Notes: generated from the letters alone by a model not told the origin. A DNA stretch of 64,000 nt from Deltaproteobacteria bacterium (GCA_018645085.1 JABGPG010000136.1:10603-74602), one strand, 5' to 3'. Positions 9,566 through 19,071 are shown, numbered from the stretch's first letter. Numbers and translations: made by a program.

Positions 9566-10864
9566 CTATTTTTGAGTTTGTCTAGCCAATGTTTTAGTTT
9601 CAGCAAGATAACGCCGGATCCGGCCAACTCCTTGTGCATAAAGTTTTATGCCCGGACTTTTCTCGAGTGCAGTAATGTAAAATCTACGTGCATCCTCGTA
9701 ATCTTCCGGGCTTAAAGCTCCTGCTTCATAAGCCAAACCTAAATTATACCAATCTTGAGATTCTCTTTTTTCAGCCGGAATTGCCTCGATGAGCTTCCGG
9801 ACTTTTTGTGATTTTCCTTCTTTGAGCAAATTCCCTGCTTTTGCTCTACCGCCTTCTGCAACCTCGGCTTCAACCATTTGCTTGTATGGAGAAATTGTGC
9901 GGATGAATGATTCCAAAGTGCGCTTCACTAATTGCTGAATCACCTTCCTTTTTTCTTTGGGAGGGAGATCGTAAATATCCGGAATGGCTAATCCTTTTGG
10001 TCCATAGAAAATTTGTTTTGGATTACTGCGTGAAGCTAAAGCAAGCTGGCGGCTAGGTATTGGGAAAATAGGAATTCTAGTGATACTGAGCAGGCTGCCT
10101 AAAGTCAGAGAAATGAGGTGGCTTTCTTTGATGTTACGGTAGGAATCTTTTTCGATAATACTGCGGCCGAAACTGGCTGAATCTGCACGTATTGCCAGAG
10201 TTTCCCTGCTTAAGCCAATCATGTTAAAACTGAAATTAGCCTGAGCAAAAAGTGAAATATTTTTGTAATCGTAAATCCGCACAACCTGGTTTTTAGGTGG
10301 AATAACGTTATTTAAACCTGCGAGCGAAAATGCGGATGAAAGTACCAGCTCCGCCGCATTACTGGCAAAAGTTCCTCTACGGCAAACATATCCACGCCAT
10401 TTATCTAAAGTAATTGCTTCATTTGTAATTGCTGCTGCTCCAGCTGAGGACAGTCTCCCGCTGATTCCACCTGTGCAGGTGGCAAGGTCAGTAAACTGTC
10501 CGTGGTCCACCTCCCCGCCGCTGATGACTTCTCCCTGAATTATCGCAACAGTTTCCTTTTCTGAATCAAACTGGCTGCCGTCTAAAGTATTCACTACACT
10601 GACTTTGAAACGTCCGAAACGATTGAGTTCATCCGCCAGTTGTTGAAGGACTTGATTTTTAATGCCAAGTTTATCATTTGTTTCATCCACCAGATCTGCG
10701 CGGATAAACACTTTTTTTACGTCACGAGGAATGGTAATTCTGGAAGGCCGCTGCACTTCAAACTGTGAAACATTAAGTCTGGTACAGGCAGAGACAAGTA
10801 TTGAGGCACACAGGCATAATAAAAGAGTAAAAGATTTCTTGGAAGATAATTTTGTTTTTTTCAT
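9566..10864 (-). CDS. Lipoprotein, paralog 3 of the tandem family; C-terminal TPR-like motif
   Basis: Lipobox LVSAC, C-terminal WYNLGLAYEAG...RFYITALEKSP and shared block ISPYKQMVEAEVAEG. There is an 8 bp gap to the upstream DUF2851 gene. Confidence 0.6.
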   Translation of the reverse strand: MKKTKLSSKKSFTLLLCLCASILVSACTRLNVSQFEVQRPSRITIPRDVKKVFIRADLVDETNDKLGIKNQVLQQLADELNRFGRFKVSVVNTLDGSQFDSEKETVAIIQGEVISGGEVDHGQFTDLATCTGGISGRLSSAGAAAITNEAITLDKWRGYVCRRGTFASNAAELVLSSAFSLAGLNNVIPPKNQVVRIYDYKNISLFAQANFSFNMIGLSRETLAIRADSASFGRSIIEKDSYRNIKESHLISLTLGSLLSITRIPIFPIPSRQLALASRSNPKQIFYGPKGLAIPDIYDLPPKEKRKVIQQLVKRTLESFIRTISPYKQMVEAEVAEGGRAKAGNLLKEGKSQKVRKLIEAIPAEKRESQDWYNLGLAYEAGALSPEDYEDARRFYITALEKSPGIKLYAQGVGRIRRYLAETKTLARQTQK

Positions 10865-10872
10865 GTCTGCAT

Positions 10873-12285
10873 TCAGCCTGCTAAAAGTCCGGGTAATTCA
10901 CAGCGTACACAACCTTGATGAAAGTTGCGGCAAAAATCATGTTGAATTTGTATCAAACCCTGCCGATTTCCAAAAGTGTTCAGCTTCAGTTTAGGTGATT
11001 TAGGCAATTCAGAAAACCATAATCGTTTTTCCATGAAACGTGTTTTGCTGTTTGATGCCTCTGCGGGTAAAATCATAAATAAGCGATAAAGCAGTTTTTC
11101 CAGTTCCGGTTCATTTTCGTATCTTGCATAGGCCAGGAAGAATGGTAAAACGGCATTTGCCCAAAGAATTATTTGACGATCCTTGCCTACAAGCTGAGAT
11201 GAGTATGTCTGCTTTGATTTCCCTAAAACAAGATGCTTCTGCCAGACTTCCCAATCCGGAGTTGAAAATAGTTTTTCAGTTTCAGACAGTGCCTGCCGCC
11301 GCAATTCTTTTTCATCTGCAAACTGACTCAGCTTACGGAACACCAGCAACCAGCGTTTGAGCAAACCCTCATTTGCTACACAGTATAAATGATGGAACAT
11401 GCCGAGCAGCCGTCTCTCCGGAGTATTTTGTGGACGGTAAGCTTGTGAAAATTTTTGGGAAACTTGAGGTTGTTCAGGAAGTTCCTGCCAGGCAGTTTTC
11501 CACTGTAGGAATTCATGGCGTACAGACGGATCAGCAATTGTATGTTCTGTGGAAAATAATCCACATGCACCAAACCAGCGTGAAAGAACGAGCGTCCGTG
11601 TTGTCCGCTGAGACTGCCTGAACAAAGGTCGGAGTTCACTAAACTGATATTGTTTTGCAAGTTCTTCAAAAACCTGGGCAAACGGTGAATAACCTAATGA
11701 TTTGAACAACAACTGAAAAAGCAATTCTTCAGAATTCTGTTCATTCCAGCGCTTTAGCAACAGCTGCATTTTCTCCTGGATTCGCTGCTCTGCAGCATGA
11801 CCAATGATTTTTTTCAGCGTTTTCGCACCATGTTCAACCGCCGTCACTCCGCAACGTCCGGGAAGTTCTCCGAAAAATTTTAAGTCCGCCCGGGCTTCCG
11901 TTTCTGAGGTAGATGGTGTTTTGTTGATAACAGAAGCTAATTCCAGCTCCGGAATTTCACAGTTATCCTCACGTTGAATTAACCGTTTTCCACTGTTGTA
12001 AAGAACGACGTGTAAAACCACGGAATTGTAGACCGGATTTTTTTCGTGTTGATGTGCATACCATCCGGAAGAATCGACATGAATTTCCACTGCACCAAAA
12101 AGCGTATGTTCACCAATTTGTAGTCGTGCTTCCTTGAAGTCAGGTCCGCTTCCGGAATTGTGCCAGCCCGCAAACTCAATTTTTACTGCCTTACCGCAAA
12201 CTGTACGTAGCTTTTCCTTTGCAAAATCCTGCTCTGCCCAGATTTGCTGGATTGCCATTTCTGGAATCGAGAGCTTGTTTAACAT
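10873..12285 (-). CDS. DUF2851 family protein
   Basis: 470 aa. The N-terminal block (WAEQDF...GKAVKIEFAGWHNSGSGPDFKEARLQIGEHTLFGAVEIHVDSSGWYAHQH) is the hallmark of DUF2851. It is the first gene of the four-gene minus-strand operon. Confidence 0.6.
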   Translation of the reverse strand: MLNKLSIPEMAIQQIWAEQDFAKEKLRTVCGKAVKIEFAGWHNSGSGPDFKEARLQIGEHTLFGAVEIHVDSSGWYAHQHEKNPVYNSVVLHVVLYNSGKRLIQREDNCEIPELELASVINKTPSTSETEARADLKFFGELPGRCGVTAVEHGAKTLKKIIGHAAEQRIQEKMQLLLKRWNEQNSEELLFQLLFKSLGYSPFAQVFEELAKQYQFSELRPLFRQSQRTTRTLVLSRWFGACGLFSTEHTIADPSVRHEFLQWKTAWQELPEQPQVSQKFSQAYRPQNTPERRLLGMFHHLYCVANEGLLKRWLLVFRKLSQFADEKELRRQALSETEKLFSTPDWEVWQKHLVLGKSKQTYSSQLVGKDRQIILWANAVLPFFLAYARYENEPELEKLLYRLFMILPAEASNSKTRFMEKRLWFSELPKSPKLKLNTFGNRQGLIQIQHDFCRNFHQGCVRCELPGLLAG

Positions 12286-12295
12286 GAACCGTTAA

Positions 12296-12324
12296 TTGAC
12301 AAGATGAGAAAAAATACGTAAAAT
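12296..12324 (+). promoter_or_regulatory. Candidate sigma-70 promoter (TTGACA-17-TAAAAT) for trpBA
   Basis: Consensus -35 at 12296-12301, 17 nt spacer, -10 TAAAAT at 12319-12324. Located about 50 nt upstream of the trpB ATG. Confidence 0.4.
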
Positions 12325-12374
12325 CTTAACTTAAATCATAAACCAGATAGTCCAAAGATTCAATAAAGTCCAAG

Positions 12375-13616
12375 ATGCCCACTCAATCTATTAATCCTGA
12401 TGCTTCCGGTTATTACGGTGAATACGGAGGCATGTTCATTCCTGAAATATTACGTACTACTTTTGACGAGTTAATTGCTGCTTTTAACGAAGCCAAGTCC
12501 GACCCAGGTTTTTGGCAAAGTTATCTAGATGTAATGCAGAATTATTCGTGCCGTCCTACGCCGATTACACATCTGGAAAATTTCGCAGAAGTATTAGGCG
12601 GTAAGTTTGAGGTTTTTTGCAAACGGGAAGATTTAAACCATACAGGAGCACACAAAGCGAACAATTGTATGGGGCAGGGTTTGCTCGTACAACGCATGGG
12701 TAAAAAACGGGTAATTGCTGAAACAGGTGCAGGACAGCACGGAGTGGCCACCGCAACTATGGCTGCGAGAATGGGACTCGAATGCACAGTTTATATGGGT
12801 GCGGTTGATGTGGAACGTCAACGTCCAAATGTTTTCTGGATGGAACAACTGGGTGCGACTGTCGTTTCTGTTACTGAAGGTACGGCAACGCTTAAGGATG
12901 CCATCAATGCAGCGATGCGTGACTGGGCGGAAAGTATGGAGACCACACATTATGTTCTAGGCACGACCTGCGGTCCGCATCCTTTTCCGGAAATGGTGTC
13001 CTGGTTTCAGTCAATTATTGGTCAGGAATCACGTCAGCAAATGTTGAAAATAAATGGTAAATTACCTGACAAAATATATGCTTGTGTTGGGGGCGGTTCA
13101 AACGCCAGTGGAATTTTTCTACCGTTTCTGGAAGATAAAGATGTGGAACTGGTTGGTGTTGAAGCCGGAGGTCACGGACTTGATTCCGGACAGCACGCAG
13201 CACGTTTTTCCGGAGGCACAGTAGGAGTAGCGCAGGGATACAAAACATATTTTTTTCAGGACGACGAAGGACAAATGATGCACACGCATTCGATTGCGGC
13301 GGGGCTGGACTACATTGGAGTCAGTCCGATTCTGAGTCATCTTCACGATCAAAAGCGTATCCGTTTTACCGCGGCAACGGATGATGCGGTTATTTCTGCC
13401 ACCAAACTGCTGATCCGTACAGAAGGCATAATCCCGGCTTTGGAGAGCGGCCATGCTTTTGCTGCAGTAGTTGAAGAAGCTCCGGACATTCCGGATGGAA
13501 GCCAGGTATTGATCAACCTTTCCGGACGTGGTGACAAAGATATTTTCAATATTGCTGAGGCCATCGGTGATGAAAAATGGGATGAGTTTTTGAGAGCAAA
13601 AGCACAGAGAAAATGA
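12375..13616 (+). CDS. trpB: Tryptophan synthase beta chain
   Basis: 413 aa, colinear with TrpB1, including GEYGGMFIPE, HTGAHKANN, ETGAGQHGVATA, GGGSNA and SGRGDKD motifs. Confidence 0.9.
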   Translation: MPTQSINPDASGYYGEYGGMFIPEILRTTFDELIAAFNEAKSDPGFWQSYLDVMQNYSCRPTPITHLENFAEVLGGKFEVFCKREDLNHTGAHKANNCMGQGLLVQRMGKKRVIAETGAGQHGVATATMAARMGLECTVYMGAVDVERQRPNVFWMEQLGATVVSVTEGTATLKDAINAAMRDWAESMETTHYVLGTTCGPHPFPEMVSWFQSIIGQESRQQMLKINGKLPDKIYACVGGGSNASGIFLPFLEDKDVELVGVEAGGHGLDSGQHAARFSGGTVGVAQGYKTYFFQDDEGQMMHTHSIAAGLDYIGVSPILSHLHDQKRIRFTAATDDAVISATKLLIRTEGIIPALESGHAFAAVVEEAPDIPDGSQVLINLSGRGDKDIFNIAEAIGDEKWDEFLRAKAQRK

Positions 13617-13653
13617 GACAAATTCCGTTTGCTAATTTCAAATTTATAATTTC

Positions 13654-14463
13654 ATGAACCTGACAAAATATTTAAAAAACCGACTCGCTCCACTTTCCGG
13701 GGGAACTGAGGATTCGGAAACAAACCGCAAAATCCTGTTGATGACCCATGTCGTTGTGGGTTATCCATCTTTAGAAGCAAATTGGAAAATGCTGGAAGCG
13801 ATGGGTGAAGCTGATGTGGATTTGGTTGAACTGCAGATGCCTTTCAGCGAACCAAGCGCAGACGGGCCGCTTTTTGTCAAAGCAAATCAAGAGGCTCTCC
13901 GGAATGGTATACGCTGGAAAGATTATTTTGATTTGATGCAGCGTGCCAGTGAACGCTTTGATTTTCCGCTGTTGATGATGGGTTATTTCAATACGGCATT
14001 TGCCATGGGATTTGAAAATTACTGCGCAAATATCCGCAAAAATGGCGGTGAAGGTTTTATCATTCCGGATTTGCCACTGGAAGAATATGGTGATTTATTT
14101 GAACTCAGCAGGCAGCATGAGCTTGATCCGATCATGCTCTGTACTCCGACCAACACAGAGGAGCGACTACGTAAAATATGCAGTCATGGCAGCGGTTTTA
14201 TTTACTGCGTTGCCAGAAAAGGAGTTACTGGTAAAAACACGAAGTTGGACAAAAGCGCGGAAAAATTTTTAGAACAATGCCGTCTCTACACTGATCTGCC
14301 GCTGGCTTTGGGTTTTGGTTTGTCACAAGCAGAAGATTTACGCCAGTTACATGGTAAAGCGGAAATTGCAATCGTAGGTTCTGCTTTGCTGAAAACCTGG
14401 GAAGCAGAAGGTGAAATCGGTTATCGTAAACATTTGATGTCTTTGGCTGCTGCCAGAGAATGA
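13654..14463 (+). CDS. trpA: Tryptophan synthase alpha chain
   Basis: 269 aa TIM-barrel TrpA signature (ELQMPFSEPSADGPLF...) directly downstream of trpB. Confidence 0.85.
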   Translation: MNLTKYLKNRLAPLSGGTEDSETNRKILLMTHVVVGYPSLEANWKMLEAMGEADVDLVELQMPFSEPSADGPLFVKANQEALRNGIRWKDYFDLMQRASERFDFPLLMMGYFNTAFAMGFENYCANIRKNGGEGFIIPDLPLEEYGDLFELSRQHELDPIMLCTPTNTEERLRKICSHGSGFIYCVARKGVTGKNTKLDKSAEKFLEQCRLYTDLPLALGFGLSQAEDLRQLHGKAEIAIVGSALLKTWEAEGEIGYRKHLMSLAAARE

Positions 14464-14663
14464 TTTTAAAAACAATGTCTGTACAGATTAGTGACGCTGA
14501 GATCATTGCTTATGCGAACGCTGCAGCGGTTATGCTTAAAAAGCTGCTTAGTACTGATGAAGTAGCTGAACTATCGGCAGGTGAGCCGATGACGCACAAA
14601 TTGTTCCCGCTTATCTGGCCTGCAAATTTGGCATAAATATTTTTTTCCTCTACAGAAATACCC

Positions 14664-17441
14664 ATGTCTGTTCCTCAAGTTGAAACACCGATGATGCGTC
14701 AGTTCAATGCCATCAAACGGGAACATCCGGATAAACTCCTGTTTTACCGCATGGGTGATTTTTACGAAATGTTTGGAGATGACGCGATTGTAGGTGCAAA
14801 AGTTTTGCAAATTGCCCTGACTTCTCGGGATAAAAAAAAGTCATTACCGATGTGTGGTGTACCTTACCGTGCCTATGAACAATACTTAAACAAACTGACG
14901 GCTGCAGGTTACAAAGTGGCCATTTGTGAGCAAATGGAAGATCCTGCCAAAGCACAGGGTCTGGTAGCGCGGGATGTTGTCAGAGTTGTAACGCCCGGAA
15001 CTACAGTTTCACCTCAATTGATTGATCCGGATCGTAATCATTATTTACTGGCAATTAACGTGGTTTTGCGTTCACAATGTCTGGGCATTGCCTTTGCTGA
15101 TCTTTCTACAGGTGAGTTTGAAGTTGCAGAGTTTAATCTGCATGAAACTCACCGATTCTACGATTTCCTCGCACAACTGACACCGCAGGAAATTCTCCTC
15201 ACCCAAAGCCGTTCCGCAGCAGAATCTCTCTTTCTGGAGGAGCTGGTGCAGCGTATGACACAGTTGCTAGATAGGGAAAATACCTCAGAAGGAACATCGG
15301 CAGACTTGCTGAAAAAAGAAGCAGGTTTTCCGGACGGACAGGTTTTTCCATCAACAGGACTTTTTAATTTTATTGACCCATATTATTTTGATAAAGAAGC
15401 AACTGAGCGTAGTTTAAAAAAGCATTTTGAAACGCTGAATCTTTCCGGATTTGGAGTAGATGATTTAGCACATGGAATATCTGCCGCAGGCGCGTTATTA
15501 CGTTATTTGGAGGAAACTCAAAAATGTGACTTGAGTCATTTTACTGCTTTGCGGAGGCATTCTTTTGAAAAAACTATGCTGCTGGATGAAGCAACTGTTG
15601 CGAATCTTGAACTCTTTGAAAGTCAGTCCGGAGTTAGGAAACACACTCTATTTCATATACTTAATCATACTCAGACTCCAATGGGTGCACGCCTTTTCAG
15701 GCAGTGGCTGCGGCAGCCGTTGCTTGAGATTGAAGCAATAAATGAACGTTTTGACTGTATCGAAGAGTTCAGGGTTAATTTTATGCTCTGTGAAAAATTT
15801 CGTGAAAGTTTGAACGTGATTCAGGATCTACCGCGTATCATGGGGCGTATCAATTTGCCGGTGACAGGGATAAATGACCTTGTAGCCCTACGTGAATCAC
15901 TGGAACCTGTGCAGAAACTTCCACTCTATTTAGGGGAATTACAATCACCGTTGTTGAAAATAATTGCTGAAAAATTTGATCCGTTGACAGATTTGTTAAC
16001 TCTGCTGCATCAACATTTACTGGATGCACCTTCAGTTAAATTGAGAGAAGGTGGATTTATAGCAGCAGGAATTTCAGCAGAATTGGATGAACTGCGTGAC
16101 ATTTCGAGAAATTCAAAACAATTTCTCAATGAAATGCTGTTGGAGGAACGCGAGAAAACAGGAATAAGCTCCTTAAAAATAAGTTACAACAAAGTTTTTG
16201 GTTACTACCTTGAAGTCAGTAACGCTCATAAAACGTCAGTTCCTGAAAATTATATCCGTAAACAGACTCTGGTAAATGCTGAACGTTACATTACTGCCGA
16301 GCTCAAAGAATTTGAGGAAAAAATACTCACTGCAGAAGAGCGGATAGGTGAATTGGAGTATGAACTGTTTCAACAGTTAAAAACAGAGATCAATACACAC
16401 ACCAGACGTGTCCAGCAAACCGCACAGGATATCGCTGTCGCGGATACATTGGCAGGACTAGCTTATGTTGCAGAACACAATCACTACGTGCGGCCAGGTC
16501 TGCTTCCATTGCAGGCACCTAGAAAATTGTTTTTGAAAGATTGCCGACATCCTGTCATTGAACAAATTGACTTGGGTGAGGTTTTTGTGCCGAATGATTT
16601 AGATTTAGCAGAAACTAAATGCCGTATCATGTTGATCACAGGACCGAACATGGCAGGTAAATCGACCTACATGCGCCAAGTCGCCTTAAATGTACTGATG
16701 GCTCAATGTGGAAGTTTTGTTCCCGCAGCGAGCGCAGAACTGTCTGTGGTTGACCGTATTTTCACCCGTGTTGGAGCTTCTGATAATCTGACTCTTGGTC
16801 AAAGCACTTTTATGCTGGAAATGAATGAAGCAGCAGCAATTTTAAATAATGCCACGGACCGTAGTTTAATAATTCTGGATGAAATCGGCAGGGGGACTAG
16901 CACTTTTGACGGTATCAGCATTGCCTGGGCAATTGTTGAACATTTACAAAAATTGAATGCTCTTACACTTTGTGCAACACATTACCATGAATTGACTGCT
17001 CTTGCACAGGAATTGGACTCTGTTGAGAATTTCAGCGTACGTGTAGAAGAAGAAGGTGAACAAATCGTTTTCTTGCGTAAAATCGTTGCCGGAGAGGCAG
17101 ATAAAAGCTATGGAGTTCAAGTCGCAAGGTTGGCGGGACTGCCTAAAAGTGTAGTAAAACGCGCACTTGATGTGATGGAACAATTGGAAGAGACGTCAAT
17201 GGTCCACCATTTGCCTATACCTATAGATGAGGCAAAGAGAAAAAAAGATTTATTGACTGAGGTAAGTGATAAATCGAGTAGTTCATGGAATGTTTCTGCG
17301 GATGCAGATCCTCAATTGTCTTTGTTTCCTGAAGAATCCATCTATCTCGATGAATTGCGTACATTAAATTTGAATGAGATGACGCCTCTGCAGGCCTTAA
17401 ATTATCTTCATGAACTTACTGTTAGACTGCGGCAGGAGTGA
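14664..17441 (+). CDS. mutS: DNA mismatch repair protein MutS
   Basis: 925 aa with the mismatch-binding N-terminus (TPMMRQFNAIKREHPDKLLFYRMGDFYEMF) and Walker A (ITGPNMAGKST) in the ATPase domain. Confidence 0.9.
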   Translation: MSVPQVETPMMRQFNAIKREHPDKLLFYRMGDFYEMFGDDAIVGAKVLQIALTSRDKKKSLPMCGVPYRAYEQYLNKLTAAGYKVAICEQMEDPAKAQGLVARDVVRVVTPGTTVSPQLIDPDRNHYLLAINVVLRSQCLGIAFADLSTGEFEVAEFNLHETHRFYDFLAQLTPQEILLTQSRSAAESLFLEELVQRMTQLLDRENTSEGTSADLLKKEAGFPDGQVFPSTGLFNFIDPYYFDKEATERSLKKHFETLNLSGFGVDDLAHGISAAGALLRYLEETQKCDLSHFTALRRHSFEKTMLLDEATVANLELFESQSGVRKHTLFHILNHTQTPMGARLFRQWLRQPLLEIEAINERFDCIEEFRVNFMLCEKFRESLNVIQDLPRIMGRINLPVTGINDLVALRESLEPVQKLPLYLGELQSPLLKIIAEKFDPLTDLLTLLHQHLLDAPSVKLREGGFIAAGISAELDELRDISRNSKQFLNEMLLEEREKTGISSLKISYNKVFGYYLEVSNAHKTSVPENYIRKQTLVNAERYITAELKEFEEKILTAEERIGELEYELFQQLKTEINTHTRRVQQTAQDIAVADTLAGLAYVAEHNHYVRPGLLPLQAPRKLFLKDCRHPVIEQIDLGEVFVPNDLDLAETKCRIMLITGPNMAGKSTYMRQVALNVLMAQCGSFVPAASAELSVVDRIFTRVGASDNLTLGQSTFMLEMNEAAAILNNATDRSLIILDEIGRGTSTFDGISIAWAIVEHLQKLNALTLCATHYHELTALAQELDSVENFSVRVEEEGEQIVFLRKIVAGEADKSYGVQVARLAGLPKSVVKRALDVMEQLEETSMVHHLPIPIDEAKRKKDLLTEVSDKSSSSWNVSADADPQLSLFPEESIYLDELRTLNLNEMTPLQALNYLHELTVRLRQE

Positions 17442-17487
17442 GGAACTCCAGGCAGATAATTTTAAACAACATATTTGAATAACAAAA

Positions 17488-17985
17488 ATGAGAATTGCAG
17501 TTTACCCTACAAGTGCTAATCCTCCTACTTTTGGTCACGCAGATATTTTGGTGCGAACGAGCAAACAGTTTGATCATGTATATTGGTCTGCAGCCATGAA
17601 TGCTGAAAAACAATATATGTTTAGCGAAGAAGTACGACTGCAGATGATGAATGAATATGTGCAGCATTATCAGTTAAAAAATGTCTCTGTTGAAGCTTTT
17701 AAAGGCTCAACCATACGTTACGTACAGCAACGTAAAGCGCAAGTAATTGTGAAAGGTTTAAGAAGTCTGGAAGATTTTCAGGGCGAATTTCAGCAGGCAG
17801 TAGGTAACAAAGGTATTGACCAGGAAATTGAAACATTCTGTTTATTTGGCAAACCTGATCTTTTTGCTATTAGTTCGACTCTTGTACGTGAATTAGCATT
17901 TATGGGAGAGTCGATAGAAGCATACGTACTACCTTCAGTAGCAGAAATAGTTGCAAAAGTTATTCAAAATAATCCTAAAAATTAA
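17488..17985 (+). CDS. coaD: Phosphopantetheine adenylyltransferase-like nucleotidyltransferase
   Basis: 165 aa. T/HxGH-type motif (PPTFGHADIL), VKGLR and ISSTLVRE match the PPAT RGLR and ISSSLV(K/R)E positions. Divergent at the N-terminus. Confidence 0.6.
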   Translation: MRIAVYPTSANPPTFGHADILVRTSKQFDHVYWSAAMNAEKQYMFSEEVRLQMMNEYVQHYQLKNVSVEAFKGSTIRYVQQRKAQVIVKGLRSLEDFQGEFQQAVGNKGIDQEIETFCLFGKPDLFAISSTLVRELAFMGESIEAYVLPSVAEIVAKVIQNNPKN

Positions 17986-18004
17986 TCTAGAGAAAACCAA
18001 TTCA

Positions 18005-18661
18005 ATGAGTGTAATCAAACTACGTATAGACTATCTTTTTTTTGGTGGATTAGGTTTTGCTTTTCTACTGTCCATAATGACGGCGGATTTTCAGGATCCG
18101 ACAGTCTTTAATCAGTTATACCCCTCTGCAGGAATTAAAAACTGGATTGGCTTGATCGGCGCAATCACAGGAGGTTCTTTACTGGAAATTTTTGGCCCGT
18201 CAGTCTTATTGCTGCCATGGCTCTTTGTGCGTATATTTTTGCACCAACCACGTAGTGTTTCTGTTCTAGCAGGAACTTATTATGCGTTTGTACTCGTTTT
18301 TTTACTTTCGATATTTCATGAACTTGCTTTACAGTTTGCTCTGCTAGAATCAGTAAATTCAGCTTTTTTATGGCAAAATGGCTATGCAGCTAAATTAGCA
18401 GTAAAGTGGCTGGAGCAGTCGATGGATCTTGCTTTATGTTCAACTGCTCTGTCAGTTATGTTTATTATATCTTTAGTACGTATGTCCCAGCTGCTCTCAC
18501 CACTGCCTTTATTTTCGGCGGTATTGACAGGAATCCAAAACATACTCACACTGTTGGTCAACAAAATCAGCCCTCCTCCCGCACCGGAATTTCTACCTGC
18601 TGCAGATTTAGCTAATTTCAACGCACATTCACATCTTAAAGAAAATTCAACCGTATCATAA
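18005..18661 (+). CDS. Membrane protein resembling the FtsK N-terminal 4TM domain, without a translocase domain
   Basis: 4 predicted TM helices with an SIMTADFQDP...NWIGLIGA...GGSLLEIFG pattern like FtsK_4TM. The protein ends after about 220 aa with no motor domain. Confidence 0.35.
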   Translation: MSVIKLRIDYLFFGGLGFAFLLSIMTADFQDPTVFNQLYPSAGIKNWIGLIGAITGGSLLEIFGPSVLLLPWLFVRIFLHQPRSVSVLAGTYYAFVLVFLLSIFHELALQFALLESVNSAFLWQNGYAAKLAVKWLEQSMDLALCSTALSVMFIISLVRMSQLLSPLPLFSAVLTGIQNILTLLVNKISPPPAPEFLPAADLANFNAHSHLKENSTVS

Positions 18662-18816
18662 TTCTAATAGAGTGAGTAATCTTAATCCTGTGTTCTGCTA
18701 AACTTGCAGATCTTGATATTTTCGCAGGATCGAGTCAGTCTAAACTGATAACTCTGAATCCTATACCAAGTTTTTGCACAGCAGAAGTTTTAATCTTAAC
18801 AATAAACAGAGATAAC

Positions 18817-19035
18817 ATGCAGATTAAGATATATTACTGTGTGGTTTGAAACTACAAACCCAGCGCGGTCAGTTTGGCTGCGGAATTAAAAGAATCATTC
18901 GATGTTGAAACCGAACTTCTTTCAGGTGAAAGAGGAGATTTTGAAGTGCTTGTGAATGAAGAAAAAGTGTTTTCTAAGAAAAAACTGGCAAGATTCCCTG
19001 AGCCTGGAGAAATAACTCAACTAATCCGGCAGTGA
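18817..19035 (+). CDS. SelW/Rdx-family selenoprotein; in-frame UGA at 18847-18849 is read as selenocysteine (CVVU motif)
   Basis: ATG at 18817, then MQIKIYYCVV-TGA-NYKPSAVSLAAELKESFDVETELLSGERGDFEVLVNEEKVFSKKKLARFPEPGEITQLIRQ-stop. This is colinear with bacterial SelW (IxYCxxU...FEV.V.GELV.SKK..GRFPEP). Absent from the ORF track because the TGA splits it. Confidence 0.75.
18861..18880 (+). promoter_or_regulatory. Candidate bacterial SECIS stem-loop for the SelW-like gene
   Basis: CAGCGCGGUCAGUUUGGCUG starts 11 nt after the UGA. It can form a CAGC/GCUG stem extended by C-G and G-U pairs with a small apical loop containing GU. The fold is imperfect. Confidence 0.35.
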
Positions 19036-19071
19036 TTGTTCCTGAAAAACCTGTGCCGTCAGTGTCTCAAC

